Source: Perkinsus olseni (taxonomy: Eukaryota). Taken from it: a stretch of DNA of 49,923 nt. Where the stretch lies: assembly GCA_013115125.1 (NCBI GenBank), contig JABANN010000036.1, positions 62,001 through 111,923 on the forward strand, in the 5' to 3' direction. The notes under the pieces are model-generated. The model worked only from the letters and a program-made list of their open reading frames with translations. It was not told the DNA's origin and searched no databases. Positions 49,033-49,923 of the stretch are shown one piece after another (position 1 is the first letter of the stretch; each line of letters starts with the position of its first letter). Made by a program: the position numbers and the translations under genes.

Positions 49033-49923
49033 ATCGTGACCTAATATCCCCGAAGCTCACATGAAGCGTGAACCGTTGTGGCGCTGTCGCGTTTGGAGAT
49101 TCTCCCGCAGAACACGTACATACTATTTACGCCTTTTCTTCTCTCGATGTTCATCAATGCCGTTCTCACGTGCATCCTCGGTGTGATGGAAGTTGTAATA
49201 CTACGGAAGATGCTCATTGCGTTACGGTGTGCCTCACAAGAGACCAAAGCATAGCTCAATTGCCGCTATCCGAGAATGATTCAACTCTTGGAGAATAGCT
49301 GTCTTTGGAGAGTCTCAAGTGATAAGGCTGGACTGCAGTGGCTAGGGATCATAGAGAAAGTCTTATAGAAGTAACGAAGCCGAGTGGGAGGAATGGCGGA
49401 AAGTTTACGCCGGAAACAGGTCTCACTCGTTGCACTCGGTAACCTCCTACCGAGTCCCTGGGATGTTATCTTCTACGTATTCGAGTTACAAAGCGGATCT
49501 GGTCAGAAACAAATGCCAGACAGGTGCCTTGGACCTCCTTCGACAAGTGCCATGCTACCAAGTTTCAGAAATACCTGGCCATTCAAGAAGACGGACAACC
49601 AATGAACAGTAGCCAAAATCACATCCTGAGTTGATACCGTGGGAGGCATTCTAGCCAACTTATGAGATACGAAGTTGGACAGTTCTTAGTGTGCTTTATC
49701 GCCCCCACAGCAGTTTAACTCGTCGGGTTTATAAGAAGCCATACAGTCGGAACTGTCTTGCGCGGCCACAGACGTGCTTCGGACCGGTCGTAATCCATGT
49801 CTCAATATCTCACTGGTAATGTAAACCTACCTTCCCATCAAGACCTGCGATTACAGGGTGTTCCAATTCGATATGCAAATCACAAAAATCAGTCTAATTC
49901 AGCACATACTACGTGTTTGAGGC

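Noticed and set aside
1-49923. CRISPR arrays, rRNA/tRNA genes, intact transposase or reverse transcriptase
   Set aside because: None detected by eye; the sequence is eukaryotic and intron-rich.

Overview
Eukaryotic, gene-dense genomic DNA with very short (mostly ~30-60 nt) GT-AG introns. Style and gene content (a nuclear SufD with a long hydrophobic leader, CDC50, RRN3, TFIIE) suggest an alveolate, most likely Perkinsus; this is an inference. The window starts inside a minus-strand DGAT1 and then has a divergent, large secreted coiled-coil gene. A ~19 kb all-minus block follows: an intronless RlmL-like THUMP methyltransferase, an MFS transporter, TIP41, CDC50, WDR18/Ipi3, RRN3, a hypothetical gene and TFIIE-alpha. 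A plus-strand block holds two multi-KH proteins, a DusA-type tRNA dihydrouridine synthase and SufD. The last ~13 kb is a decaying accessory region with a tandem family of secreted 'DTWP' proteins and a duplicated, pseudogenised SufD segment. Main observations: (1) a 472-nt DUS intron folds into a ~50-bp hairpin whose loop carries antisense copies of a predicted 6-nt microexon, both its splice sites and flanking intron sequence; (2) a DCL/DUF3223 domain appears inserted inside RRN3; (3) other oversized introns are structured or internally duplicated; (4) two genes share a bipartite upstream motif; (5) there are several fold-back palindromic insertions. Exon boundaries were read by eye and are approximate.
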